A DNA stretch of 64,000 nt from Amphiscolops sp. MND2022. Its lineage: Eukaryota. The stretch covers positions 43,710,001 through 43,774,000 of the forward strand of contig OZ076421.1 in the NCBI GenBank assembly GCA_964187785.1. The letters run 5' to 3'. Both the position numbers and the translations under genes were made by a program. Under the pieces are notes generated by a model. It was not told the DNA's origin. It saw only the letters and a program-made list of their open reading frames with translations, and did no database searches. Positions 1 to 11,476 of this stretch are shown here, piece by piece. Each line of letters opens with the position of its first letter. The first letter of the stretch is position 1.

Positions 1-2299
1 CACAGGGACATCTTCATGCTTTTTCGAGAGAGTTTGTTTTCGAATGAACAATTGAATTTTGGCATCAAGTAGCACGCTTTGTCATGAATGTGAATTTTAA
101 ACGCAGAATTACAGTGGTTTTGGGGTAATTTGTCACCGCCAAATACGTAATGAAAAATTTATCAGACAGTGATCGATGATGTTAAAGAATTCAACTAAAT
201 TAATGAAAAGGACGCAGGAAATGAATCGCATAGAAAAATAATTCTCAGTGGTTACCTACCGCGTGATTGACACAAATCTGTTGCAAAATAATGCCAAGTG
301 AAAACTTCAAACAAAATATACAGCGAAGTTCTTTTGAACCAAAATTCATTCTAATTTTCGAATTGTTTGTTCTTTGATGGGTTTTTGGTCAATTTCAAAA
401 GTATTCAAAGATCTTTTTTAAAAGTTGGACACCTTTTAGAGAACAATGTTCAAATATTACAGTGACTGCTTTTAGTCCGCGCTTTTTGCAAGAAAAAGTT
501 CGGACTCTTAAAGTTGGACGTTTTTTGTCAGCCTCGCCTGCATTGTCCACTTTTTCGCTAATTTTGCTCAACTTCATCAGTGATTTCATATCGTCGTGAA
601 CCAAATCTAAAAGGATATTTTTTAGAGCATCTAACGATTCTAGAAAGTAGCAAAGAGTCTCTTTGAAGTTTTTCGGCACTGTGTGACTTTTTCTCGAATT
701 TTTTCATTTCATTTTCCCACTTTGGTTTCCAGCTGCTTCCGTGAAGGTATTTCCAGCTGCAAGGGCGATTTTCGGCACAGAGCGATTTTTCGAAAATTTC
801 CAAAAAATCGGAATAGAAAAACTTGGCAATTTTGTGTAAAGTCTTGCCCCGACTTGAGACTTTCTCATCTTCTTTTCTTTGGTTTCTTCAGACCACAGAG
901 AGCACACTGAATTGTCTATTTTTCGGAAAACTTTTTTTCGCATCGCGTGCTGCTTGGTTTTAAGCGGCCGCCCACTTTAAACGTCGGGAGGAAATATTTT
1001 TCAGTTTCGATTTTTGTTTTTTGTCATGAAGAAGCTTCAGAACACATTCAAAGGGACCCCTGTCATTACTGTCATAAACCGGATTGAAAAAAATCTTGTT
1101 TTAATAACGCTTTTTCTTCAAAACGGGTTGTACAAAATGATCAAAACTAAGTCAACACCAGTTAAGATACTAATCAATTATACAAGGGTTTAGTCAACTT
1201 CTTTCACCTGTTACGCGTTCTGAACAACTCTCTGGTTCGACGTTGAGTAATAAAATCTGGGAACCAGACGGATTGGAGAAATTTTTTGTGACGATCATTG
1301 CGAGTGACGACGGAATTCCGTGAAAATGCTATCCCTGAAAATGCTAAAAGTTCTGCCTCTTCACGGAAATACGAGCGGCAAAATGTACCCTTTTGTGTTT
1401 TTTGTTTTGCGTTTTTGCGAGTTTTTTCATAATTTTTTTCTGCTCCTCAAAAAAGTTCTTCTTTTGAAGAGACATTTTTACCAGGTCAAGTGAAAAGAGT
1501 GTAAAGGGTACTCTTTGATTTCTTCGGCACTGTGAACTTTCTCTGAGCCTCTAGTGGAACTCCGGTGTATCGATTTTTGCATTCGTACGCTAATTCGCGA
1601 ATCAGAGTGTAAGACATAAAAGAAGCTGGGTCTATAATTGGAAAAACTTGCTTGTGTTCCGACCTGATTTTTTACACTCCTGAACTTGTGAGGTGACTTT
1701 AACGTTTCATTGTATCGATAGATCACCAATTCTTCTTGTTCCTTAATTGAAACTGCGTGAACGTTTCGAAAGATTTTTAGTAACGTAAAAAACCCTGGCA
1801 AAAAAGGCCATCAAATACAAAATCACTGTCTTAATTGGCATTTATCCAGCTGCCTGAGAATTTCATCTAATTTTGGCGGCAATTCGGAACCAAGACGCCT
1901 TGTAAGGAAAAACGTTCTATTTTTGGATGCAGGTGAGAATTTAAATATTTTACAATCAATTATTGCGAATCAATTTCAGTCGCTTAATAGCTTTAACAAT
2001 AGCGTCATACTCAGCGCGCAATTTGACTGAAGATAATTACAATATTTATGTACTTAAGAACCTAAAGTGTGAAAACAAAGAAATCGAGAGTGTGATGTTG
2101 CAATCTTTTCAGTTTGAACGGAAATAGGGGACATTCTAGCTTCTCAGTAGTATTTGGGGTATATTTGCTTGGATCATTTGGTTACATCTCTTGCATCTAT
2201 TCAAGTTGTTGCAAGGACATTTCAAAGTATTTCAGAAAAACAATCTGAAGTTTTAAATGATGTGTTTTGTTCACGGAAGACTTAATAAAAGGGTCAAAA

Positions 2300-2860
2300 C
2301 ATTCCACGCGTTAAAAACTCACAAAAAGATATGATATGAAGGTGTCTTTTGTGTTCAGAAATTCACCGTTTAGTATCTTTCTTTACCACATATCGCTTCA
2401 AAATCCAGATGCATTAAAAAGCATGTCTGTATTCTTGTCAAAATTCAGAGAGCCTCGAGACAGAAGAAAGTATTAAATTGTGATAATTACACAATGCGCA
2501 ACCGAGTAACTTCCTCAGTATTATATTTTCACTGAGCACTGGAAAGCGTTCGACACTCTTGATCATTCAATAGTGTTGAAAAGTTATATGCTTATGAGTA
2601 CAGAGGACTAATTGCCGAAATTTTGAGTGAAAGTTAAAAAAAATAGGAAAAAACCAAATAAATTTATTTATATTTTTTTAATATTTAGATTCATAACGAA
2701 GAGACTGGAAAGCTACAAATTAACACTGGCGTGCCTCGAGGAATGATCTTAGGTCTGTTCCTGTTCCTAGTCTATATCGATGATTTGCTTCAATGTTTTG
2801 CAAAAAATATTAGACAAAAAAGTTTTCGCGGATGATTTCTCAACTATGAAGGCTGGTACA
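2300..2860 (+). pseudogene. Degenerate non-LTR (CR1/L2-like) reverse transcriptase fragment
   Basis: Broken frames give KAFDTLDHSIVLK (~2543), INTGVPRGMILGLFLFLVYIDDL (~2719) and KVFADD. These match the RT motifs KAFD.V.H, GVPQGS.LGP.LF..YINDL and FADD. Boundaries approximate. Confidence 0.7.
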
Positions 2861-3030
2861 CAATTCCGGTTTAATTTACAAACAGACGTGGAGCGAAAAG
2901 CAACTGGCTTTCCCACAACAAACTGTCATCGGCAACTGGTTTTATCAAAACAAACTGTCGTTACACCTTCGTAAGTGTGAAGCTATGTGCTTTAAGATTG
3001 ATCCACTGACAGATGTGACTATAAACAACG

Positions 3031-3496
3031 AACAAGACGGGAACGTCTCAAGTCGGCGCTATATCTAAGGCTCAAAAAGCGCAAAACATTTTTTTTGGAA
3101 AAAACTTGAAACTTTTCTTTCGGAAAATGTCGCACAGTGCCGAAAAATGTAAAAGGGGGACCCTTTTTGATTTATAAACACGCATTCTGTAGCAAAATAA
3201 CAAAAAACTCAAAGGGGGGACCCTTTGGGGACATTAAAAAAATTTCGAAAAAAGTCTCACAGTGCCGAAAAAAAATTGAAAGGGGGGACCCTTTAGTCCC
3301 GTCCGGGCTTGTAGGTAACGTTTAAAAAGTAAATGAATGCGCTCCCAGTTTGCTTTTACCGGTCCAGTAGTTTAGTACTGTATTTAGTAGTTGAACGTTA
3401 ATTTTAACGTTCGTCGCTTCGAGTCTGTCTTAAATAAAAAAAAACGAGTGACTGTAATAGTCGGGCTCTTTTCTTAAGAAAAGCGCCGACTAAAAA
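3031..3496 (+). mobile_element. Non-autonomous repeat family A (Helentron/HINE-like), copy 1
   Basis: Starts AACAAGACGGGAACGTCTCAAGTCGGCGCT and ends with the hairpin TAGTCGGGCTCTTTTCTTAAGAAAAGCGCCGACTAAAAA. Internal AAAGGGGGACCCTTT motifs. Homologous to four other copies in the window. Confidence 0.7.
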
Positions 3497-4708
3497 CTGC
3501 CTAAGCGAATCGCATGTAATTATCGTGGAGTGTTCGGGGACCAGACGCTCTACTCCTTTATGATCACTTTGAGTATGTAGTCAAAACGTTGAATAATTAC
3601 AGTGGATCAATTTATACAGTCCGTTTAACTTACTCCAGAAAGTGTTTACCGATGCTTTGCAACTCCTTTGCAAACTCTATCTTTTCCTACGGAAAACGGA
3701 CGTTAAAAATACAAAATGCAGCGAAAACCCAATCACGACAAAATTGAGAAAACTAAAAAAATGGAACACAATTTGTTTTCAGTCAAATGTTTGATGACTT
3801 TGGATATATGCTTGAACAGAACAAAAGTTTTAGTGTATTCAAAATATATGTAAATGAGCTTTTTGAAGAATTTTTCAAACAATTGAGAATGGAATCGCCT
3901 CTCCATTTATTTACTGCAGATGATAATTGCTCATATCATATGTGAAGAAGACAGAGACTCCTAGACATTACATACGGTCGCACTGTAGCCACATCAAAGT
4001 CGGTTGAAAATAGACGGAAAGTCTACAATTGGACCTACAAACCTCAAAGCATACAACTTCAACTTCACGGAAAGGCTACAGTCGGGATGTGACTCCAAAA
4101 GGTATAAAGCGTTTGAGCAACTCGCAAATGACCGTACAACTCGAAAAAATGAATCTCCATATCATAGGTAGCAATGTTAGCACATCGACTTTTAAAATAT
4201 TTTTATGATTCTGTCAAACATCTGTCTATTTACTTGAAAGATAAGCACTGAAAAAATTCGTAGTGAATCTCCTACAGTCTTCCATATTTCGTTAGTGTGG
4301 GGCAGAAACTAGAAGAGCTGCTGGAGCTCGTTTTCTATCCTGATTGCATGATTAACCACAAGTTAAATAAACGCTTGTTACTAGTTTCAAGTTTATCCTC
4401 TCAAATAAACTTTTCTTTCCTTACCTTTGCACATAAATGTTTCGAAATATTTTTGGTTTTTGCCTCCTTTTCGGTATTTGAGGTAAAAAACAAGAATACT
4501 CGTAATTTTTAAATCAAACTTTTTGTGAATAAAGATACATATGATTGAACTCGAACATTACTTAGCCCATTTTAATGAATTCTTTGAACATTAAGATGTT
4601 TTGCAACCATGAAGTTACAGACATGCTGACAATGTTTTGAAAGTAGAATAAGCATAAGAGGACATTAGCGTTAGGTTAGTGTAATGAGTGGTAGGTAATG
4701 GGTCTGAC

Positions 4709-4957
4709 CTGATCTTCGGCCGAACTGTTCGGGAGATGACATCCAGTTGTTGGAGACAAGGCAGCAGTTGAGGAGCACTGAGGTAGCCACGCAGCACGAG
4801 ATCCACACCACACTCAGAGTGGACACGTAGAGGTACTTCTGAGTCACCCGCCTACCTTCTGTCTGATGACTGTGTTGACTGGTGCCCCCAAATATGGAAC
4901 TACATTCACACCACCTCCTCTTACAAGGCCAACAAGACTTCAAATATGGTAACTTAA
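4709..4957 (-). CDS. Candidate internal exon of a host membrane protein (single hydrophobic helix followed by SNNW, claudin/PMP22-like pattern)
   Basis: Open frame ...RRVTQKYLYVSTLSVVWISCCVATSVLLNCCLVSNNWMSSPEQF with strong GC3 bias in an AT-rich context. Possible AG acceptor at 4959-4958 and GT donor at 4708-4707 give a 249-nt phase 1-1 exon. No partner exons found. Confidence 0.35.
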
Positions 4958-5272
4958 CTGTATTTTACTTTAATTCAGAGCTATTCCCATGTTTTGATTC
5001 CAAAAACAGTCAACAACTCAGGAAAAAAAGCATCTGAAAAAATTCGAAATTCTAAACTATTTTTGTTTTAAACTTGGTAATAGAGAAATTTGATCAAGTG
5101 GTTTCAAGTACATCGACTACGAGAATCCGGAGAATTGAACACTTACTAGCAAATAGTTCAAAAATGATGTCAAAACGGAGGTAACTTCTGATGAATTCTA
5201 TTTGGTCTTATAATCCTCTAATCAACTTAGTATTCTGGGAAGAAAAAACATTTCACGTTTTGGCGCTCTATG

Positions 5273-6197
5273 TGTCGGAACGTGCCTCATGACTATTTGA
5301 GACAGTGTTTAGTTCGTTCCCTTCTCCATTGCTAGAGGATATCGTTTCGGTCAAAGCAAGTACTAAATTTGTCAACTCGTTTATTTGTCTATTCATGTCG
5401 GAGAAACGCTGGTTAACAGAATCTCGTCCAGAATGGTTTTGGTAATTGATTCAGTAATTTGTTCCCTAGTAAGGACTTCGGGAATACTACATTCGCTCTC
5501 AGAATCACTATGTCTATCCATTTCGTTCGGATCAATTTGATTACTCCTAATTGTCTGCGATCTCGTTTTAACCAAAAAGAAAAAGTATAGGAGTTTTGAA
5601 GTATGAATTGAAATGTTGAAATGTTGGATTATATTGGAGGTAAGTGGTAATAGCGACTGCACTGTATCGTATAACTAAATCTATGATGGCGCCCAAGATT
5701 GAGTATGTCGGCGTAGTTCGCTTCAGTACAGCGACCAATCACATATCAGTATTTCGATTGTGTTAATTAGCACCTTGGTTGGTAGTAACGTGGTTTGAGT
5801 CTACATTTGGTAGTTACGTTACCATAGTAACATGACTCACTAATTAGGTGCGAATGATATAACTTGGTACAAATGGTATTGCTATGTAGTGATGCAGCCA
5901 ACATTATATGTATCAATGGTTAAAATGGACATTTAATCATAATGCACTAAGACTAAAAATGGAAACTGATGATGATCTATCATCTACATTACAAACGTGG
6001 TTAATAATGATATCGCGAATCAGTTCAATAATCACATGAAGGAAAATGGATGATTTATGTTTATGAAACGTTGGTAGTTTGAGAATAAATCTAAACGATT
6101 CACTATAAATGTTTTTGTGTTTTAGTTTTATGATGCAGCTTGTTCAACAGCATTCTTCACTTTCGTATGTAATTATTTTCATGCTTTAGGCATGACA
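5273..6197 (-). mobile_element. Solo LTR (925 bp) containing a frameshifted ORF at its 3' end
   Basis: Termini TGTC...GACA with 5-bp TSD CTATG at 5268-5272 and 6198-6202. Minus-strand ORF MDRHSDSESE...(shift)...NQRFSDMNRQINELTNLVLALTETISSSNGEGNELNTVSNSHEARSD ends at the terminus. Confidence 0.75.
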
Positions 6198-7204
6198 CTA
6201 TGCTAACTTGTGCTCAATCAATCTGGAATGGAGCACCAACGTTTCTGAATAATAGGAAAAGTTGCGATCACAGAGTTATTAATCGGAAAGAGTGAATGTT
6301 AGAGGATCTTTTACATGTATACACTTGGTGTCTAAATCTCTGCTTCTTGCCAACGAAAGTTTACCTCCAAGATAAATTTTATCGATACTCGAAAAGAAAA
6401 TGTGCTGGATAACCGGTTAATTTCCAGTTTAAGGAGCCTATGTCTCGTTTTTTTTTAAACGTCATTGTGCGATGAGACACAGAAAAAATAAAAGTCGAGA
6501 ACCTGTGAATTTACTGTAAATTGCTACAATTTTTTTTCGATAAAAAACCTTTCATGAATCTCGGGCAGTTGATGAAAATGTTGATGAAACAAATTTTGTT
6601 TTCACACAGCAGTGATTATCGACATAACTACTTTTCATTGCGCATGAAATTTGATATTGCCTCAAGCATACAAATGACGATATATGTTTTCGGAAACAAA
6701 AAGTGTTGATTTATTATACTGAAAACGCGTTTAGGATCACTTCAACAGATATCAAACGACCATTTTCGAAAGAGGTTGAAAATTAGATATCCTGTGTTGC
6801 AGTGAAAAAAATCGCATTTCCAATACCTTTGATTTATTATGTCCATCAAGACAAGTTGTACTCAAAGATGAAATCAAAGTCTACATAGGCCATCAAATAT
6901 TCAGTAGAATTTAATAGGTTCAAATCAAACGCTGCTTTTGAGGGCTGCTGAAGAAGAAAGTAAAAATTAGATTCGATTGTTTCCTAATGCTTACTAAACA
7001 CTACTTTCGAGGATATTTCAGACGTATATGGGTATACACATCACGCTAAACAACAATCCGCGACTTCAATGGAGCGTTTGTTATCAATAGAAGAGATCGT
7101 CTGAGGTCGCATCTTGTGTGACGTCACTTTTAACTTCATAATCTTCTACCAAAAACCGCAAAACAAATTAGCTCGCGCTTCAGTTTTGCTGGTTCAAGGA
7201 CATA

Positions 7205-7825
7205 TATACAAAGCTAGACATCATCGACAAAGTATCTGGTTATGCATATAGATCAAAATTTGGGTTTTCAACATTAAGTGAAGTATATATGAGCAAAATG
7301 GCTCGTGGAAACAAAACCGTCTACCATCTACGCAATTTATTCCTCAAAAAAGTGAGATTGAATTTGTTGAACGCGCTATTTATCAGTCATCTGGAGTCTC
7401 CTTCACTTATTATCAGTGGAACTGCAGATATTTTAATCACAACTCTAACGAAACAGCTGAGTTGAGGAATAAACATGTGTTTCGCACGTCGTAAAAATTG
7501 ATAGCTATACGAACCTGAAAATGCATATCAAATATTACCTGTACCGTTATTGCTTGATGATAAAGTGCTTTGTCATTTTTATACATGGTCCAAAAATGAA
7601 ATCCCTGCCTTCAAAGATCTGAACATTCTGATTGCCAATGTAAGGTCTCATTTAAGAACCGAAGTTATTTACAGTACACACTTTTGCGATACAGCCCAGT
7701 TAGAGAAGAGTTTCTTCTCCACGGCTGCTAAACTTTGGAACGATGTACCAGTAGACATTAAAACGCAGCGGTTTTCTTACAACCCGGCAAAGAAGAACGC
7801 TTTACTTCCAACTGTATCTGGATGA
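7205..7825 (+). pseudogene. Degenerate CR1/L2-like LINE 3' ORF2 fragment
   Basis: Fragments TKYLVMHIDQNL, SKMARGNKTVYHLRNL...LLNALFISHL and KSFFSTAAKLWNDVPVDIK resemble the KYLG.. and SFF....LWN.LP C-terminal motifs of CR1/L2 RT. Confidence 0.65.
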
Positions 7826-8374
7826 CAAAGTTAGACATACCGGACGGCAAAAATGGAAAAGTTTCCGATTCAAATAAAATAGGGTACCCCAAAACTAATA
7901 AGTAATCCCAAAAGATGTTATCTGAATTTTAATTGATGTTATATTTTCTATTCTCAATAATCAACATTTTTTTTGTTTGCTGTTTTCTACGCAAAATAAC
8001 ATTCACCTACTTTTATATAGTTTCTGTAGCATTCTCGGTCTCTACGGTAAAAACAGATGGATAATCTAGAAAGTAAATTTTATCTTCTTTGTATCGACTA
8101 TTCTGTAGTATTCAAAACAATGTAATGATATCTACGTAGCACAACATAAATTGACCGTAAGTAGAGTTTGTTTGTAAATAGGTCTCAATGTCTATGGCCG
8201 TATGTTACGGTGTAAGTGAAGGTGACGGTTGTGACGGTGTTGGTATGATGTCACAGTTTCAACACTAATTTTTATGCCTTATTCTGAAAGCGCCGACAAA
8301 AAAGACCGGAGTGAACGTGATATAATAAAATTTATCAAAGATGGAAATGTGAGCATTTCTTATAATCTTTTCAC

Positions 8375-8530
8375 TTAGGCTGACTATCATGGCACATTCT
8401 TGACTTTTCATCCATGATCATCCATGAATCATGGATGTCTTTCGTGATCGGCGTGGCATGGAATGTTTCTCGGCGAGCGTCCCATGAATCAAAGCGTCCA
8501 TGGATGGAAAGCCACGACCTATAAATCTGC
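8375..8530 (+). repeat. Truncated left end of the CATG-rich CACTA-like MITE family
   Basis: TTAGGCTGACTATCATGGCACATTCTTGAC resembles the left end at 25910, followed by CCATGAATCATGG-type repeats. Confidence 0.45.
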
Positions 8531-8759
8531 ACATATCTGTGTTTCGTATGCCTATGACTGGGATCGTTTTTGTCACCATAAAATTCGCTCACACTGACTG
8601 CACGTTTTGAAAAGGTTTTCGTATTCGAATTCAAGAAAGCAGTTTCAATCCTCGTAGTAGAAAAATCATCATTCGTAGACCATACGAAACTTCAAAATCA
8701 ACCCCGTATCGATATGATCCCCTATCGATTGAGTAAAAATTACTCCCAAGGAAACTTTC

Positions 8760-10074
8760 AAAGTGTGTTGTTCGTTCCATTTTGGGGGCATGGGGTCACC
8801 TGGTGGAGTGGGTGATAGTGGTACCCCCCATGTGGGAGTACCAGTCTGTCATGTCTTCGTGTGGGTGCGCATGGCTGTGTGGGTGGGTGCCTGCCCCTGT
8901 CCCGTTGACTCCCATCACAGGGTGCATGGACTGCAGTGTGGAGGAACAGTCTACCGTGGTCTTCATGGTGGAGTTCCGTCCGAACGAGGAGTACATGGAG
9001 GAATGGCCGGTGGGAGAGGAAGGAATGCCCCCTAGAGGTCTGCTACCCAACCGGGCACCACACAGGAGTCAAAGGTGCGCTTCCAGCCTTTTTTTCTTGT
9101 TATTATTTGTGTAGTACGGTACTCCGCCTAGTTTTCCGGTTTGTTTTGCAAAAGGTAGTCTATTTGATCTTCTGACCGATTCTGTCGGTTTTATTTTTTG
9201 GTGTTTCTTTTTATATCTACCTTGTTCCGGGGTTAGGTTGTTCTCTTTTGGGAGTAGTTGTAGTTCGTCGTCTGGGGTTGTGGTTATTGGCTTTCCTTCC
9301 GACTTGTTGTAGCAATCGAGTTCATCGTCCGATATGATGCTCAAGTTCAAATCGGTGCCCCCATTTTTGTTGGGGGATGTAAATTGTCTCTTGTTGTTTC
9401 TGGGTTTATCCCTTCTTTTCGTCCAATAGTCGCTTCTTTCGTACTTTGTTGGTTTGGGCGTTTTTTTGCGGCTGTAGATGCAGGGAGCTCCGTTGCCATT
9501 TGTTGCGTCTAGTATTTTGGAGCAAGTTGGTTGGTCTGCCGTGTTGTTGCGGGTGTTTATTAGTTTTGTCGGTACTCTGGCTGTTTGCTGAAAAGGTAAT
9601 GGGTTTGAAAATAATTTTCGGTGTGTTATTTTGTTCTTGTCGGTAGTGACGGTGTGTTTGGTTCCTGATACAGTTGTTTGGATTTTGTACTTGATTTTAC
9701 TCTCCAGTGATCCTTTTCTGTAATTTTTTGTCGTAAAATTTTAAAGGGAATTCGAATTTGTTCGTACTTACCGAACTGATCGGTTTCTTTCTCTGTGAGA
9801 ATGTCATGCCTCGTCTGAACTTTGGTTCCGCCAACTTTTTCTTGGACATGACCAGGTGGCCAGTTATTTCCCAGGCTGAGTTCCGGGTGATGTAGACCGA
9901 GAGGTCTTTAGAGTCCACTAAAAAAGAGTTTTTTAAATTTGATAGCTTGGTTCTCGGTTCGCGTCTAAAATGGGACTCAAAGGGAGTTTTTTAGTTTCTG
10001 AGTGTACCGTGAATCTTAGGAAGTATAATGCTCTGTTAACGCTTTCGCGTAGATTATGGTCGTCTTCCAGGTTA
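8760..10074 (-). mobile_element. Ty3/Gypsy remnant: integrase C-terminus and 3' internal region, cut by the scaffold gap
   Basis: Broken frames NLEDDHNLRESVNRALYFLRFTVHSETK, DSKDLSVYITRNS..EIT.HLVMSKKK and RRSNRLPFAKQTGKLGGVPY parallel the pol C-terminus of the intact element at 53148-54300. No LTR found. Confidence 0.75.
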
Positions 10075-10274
10075 NNNNNNNNNNNNNNNNNNNNNNNNNN
10101 NNNNNNNNNNNNNNNNNNNNNNNNNNNNNNNNNNNNNNNNNNNNNNNNNNNNNNNNNNNNNNNNNNNNNNNNNNNNNNNNNNNNNNNNNNNNNNNNNNNN
10201 NNNNNNNNNNNNNNNNNNNNNNNNNNNNNNNNNNNNNNNNNNNNNNNNNNNNNNNNNNNNNNNNNNNNNNNNNN
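10075..10274. other. Assembly gap (200 N)
   Basis: Run of 200 Ns. The sequence on the right does not continue the Gypsy remnant, consistent with a scaffold join. Confidence 0.98.
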
Positions 10275-10899
10275 AGTCGCATAGCTACACGTAGCTCCTA
10301 ATCACTAATGAACAAATCTGCACTCGGCTTGATTAGTTTTTAGTGCTAAGGTTTTTGAACGGTTTTCATAAGGCATTACATTACAGGAAATGAGTTGTTT
10401 TTCATGCTGTTAAAACTTTTTGTTTAACTTGCTTAAAGGGCTCACATTCATAAAGATGATGATAAAATTTTTAAATAATTCGTGAAAAATAGTTTTTCAT
10501 GAAAAAATTTTTTAATTCTATCAATTTTTTGTTGTTTATCAACAATGTCTATAGAGCTCATTGATTAACTCAAAAAATAATTAAAATTTCCAATCTAATC
10601 AACACGGATTCATTCCCGGGAAATATAAGTGTTGCGAAAACAGTTTTTTTAACAACGGCCAAAGTTCTGTTTTTTCATACTCTGTTCACTGGTGGCGAAC
10701 TAATTCGAATATTTCAACGTTATTCTGAAAAGTAAAGCGGTGGAGCGTGACATTAAAAGCGCACCCTTGAGTCATCATGGTGTCCATGGGGTAACCCTGG
10801 TCGTCTCTCTCCGTGGTTACAGGCAGGTACTGCAGGTACGACTGCGTTGTATGATTGCGACATTTCAATCATTCAATTTTACAAATTTATTTTCAGCGA

Positions 10900-11476
10900 T
10901 TTTTAGTCGGCGCTTCATGAAGTGGAACGCGACTATACTAGTGGCTTTTTTTTCAATCCACACGAACTGACCAAATAGTTCCTAAGAGTTCTACGAAATT
11001 TTATGGCCCCAAATTCAAACTTTTGGCCTAGCGAACTCAACCAAAAAAGTTTTTCCTTCTTTTCCGCGTAACATACAATACCGGGTGAGACTGAAGGGTC
11101 CCCCCTTCCAGTCTTTTGCGGCATTATGGGATATTTTTGGATTTTTTTTTCACTTAAGGGTCCCCCCTTCAATTTTCTTGATGTTTTGCGACAGAAATCT
11201 CAAAAAATCCGAAAGGGTCCACCCTTCCAGTTTTTTCGGCATTGTGAGACTTTTTCGAAAATAATTTAATGACTTCAAAAGGGTCCCCCTTTAATTTTGT
11301 TGATGTTTTGCGACAGAAATGTTGAAAAATCCTAAAGGGTCCCCCCTTTTAGCGCGCCAATTCGGTCCAACTTTTGGGTTTTCCGGGTACTGTAAAAGAG
11401 AACTTGACACTTCGAAGTCCTTTTGCTATTTTTGAGACTTAGATTTGGCGTCGACTTATGCCGTTCCCAGTTTGTT
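10900..11476 (-). mobile_element. Repeat family A (Helentron/HINE-like), copy 2
   Basis: TTTTTAGTCGGCGCT at the left and CGTCGACTTATGCCGTTCCCAGTTTGTT at the right. Internal AAAGGGTCCCCCTT motifs, with an internal tandem sub-repeat. Confidence 0.65.

Noticed and set aside
1850-1932. Plus-strand exon with good AG/GTGAG sites
   Set aside because: The peptide is unrecognisable, and the next candidate acceptor (~2111) gives an immediate stop.
8796-9050. His-rich peptide (HPHSHAHPHEDMTDWYS) as a forkhead or homeobox N-terminus
   Set aside because: No DNA-binding domain or splice support follows, and it lies within a Gypsy 3' region.
9970-10301. ORFs of 81-104 aa spanning 10075-10274
   Set aside because: Artefacts of translating the N gap.
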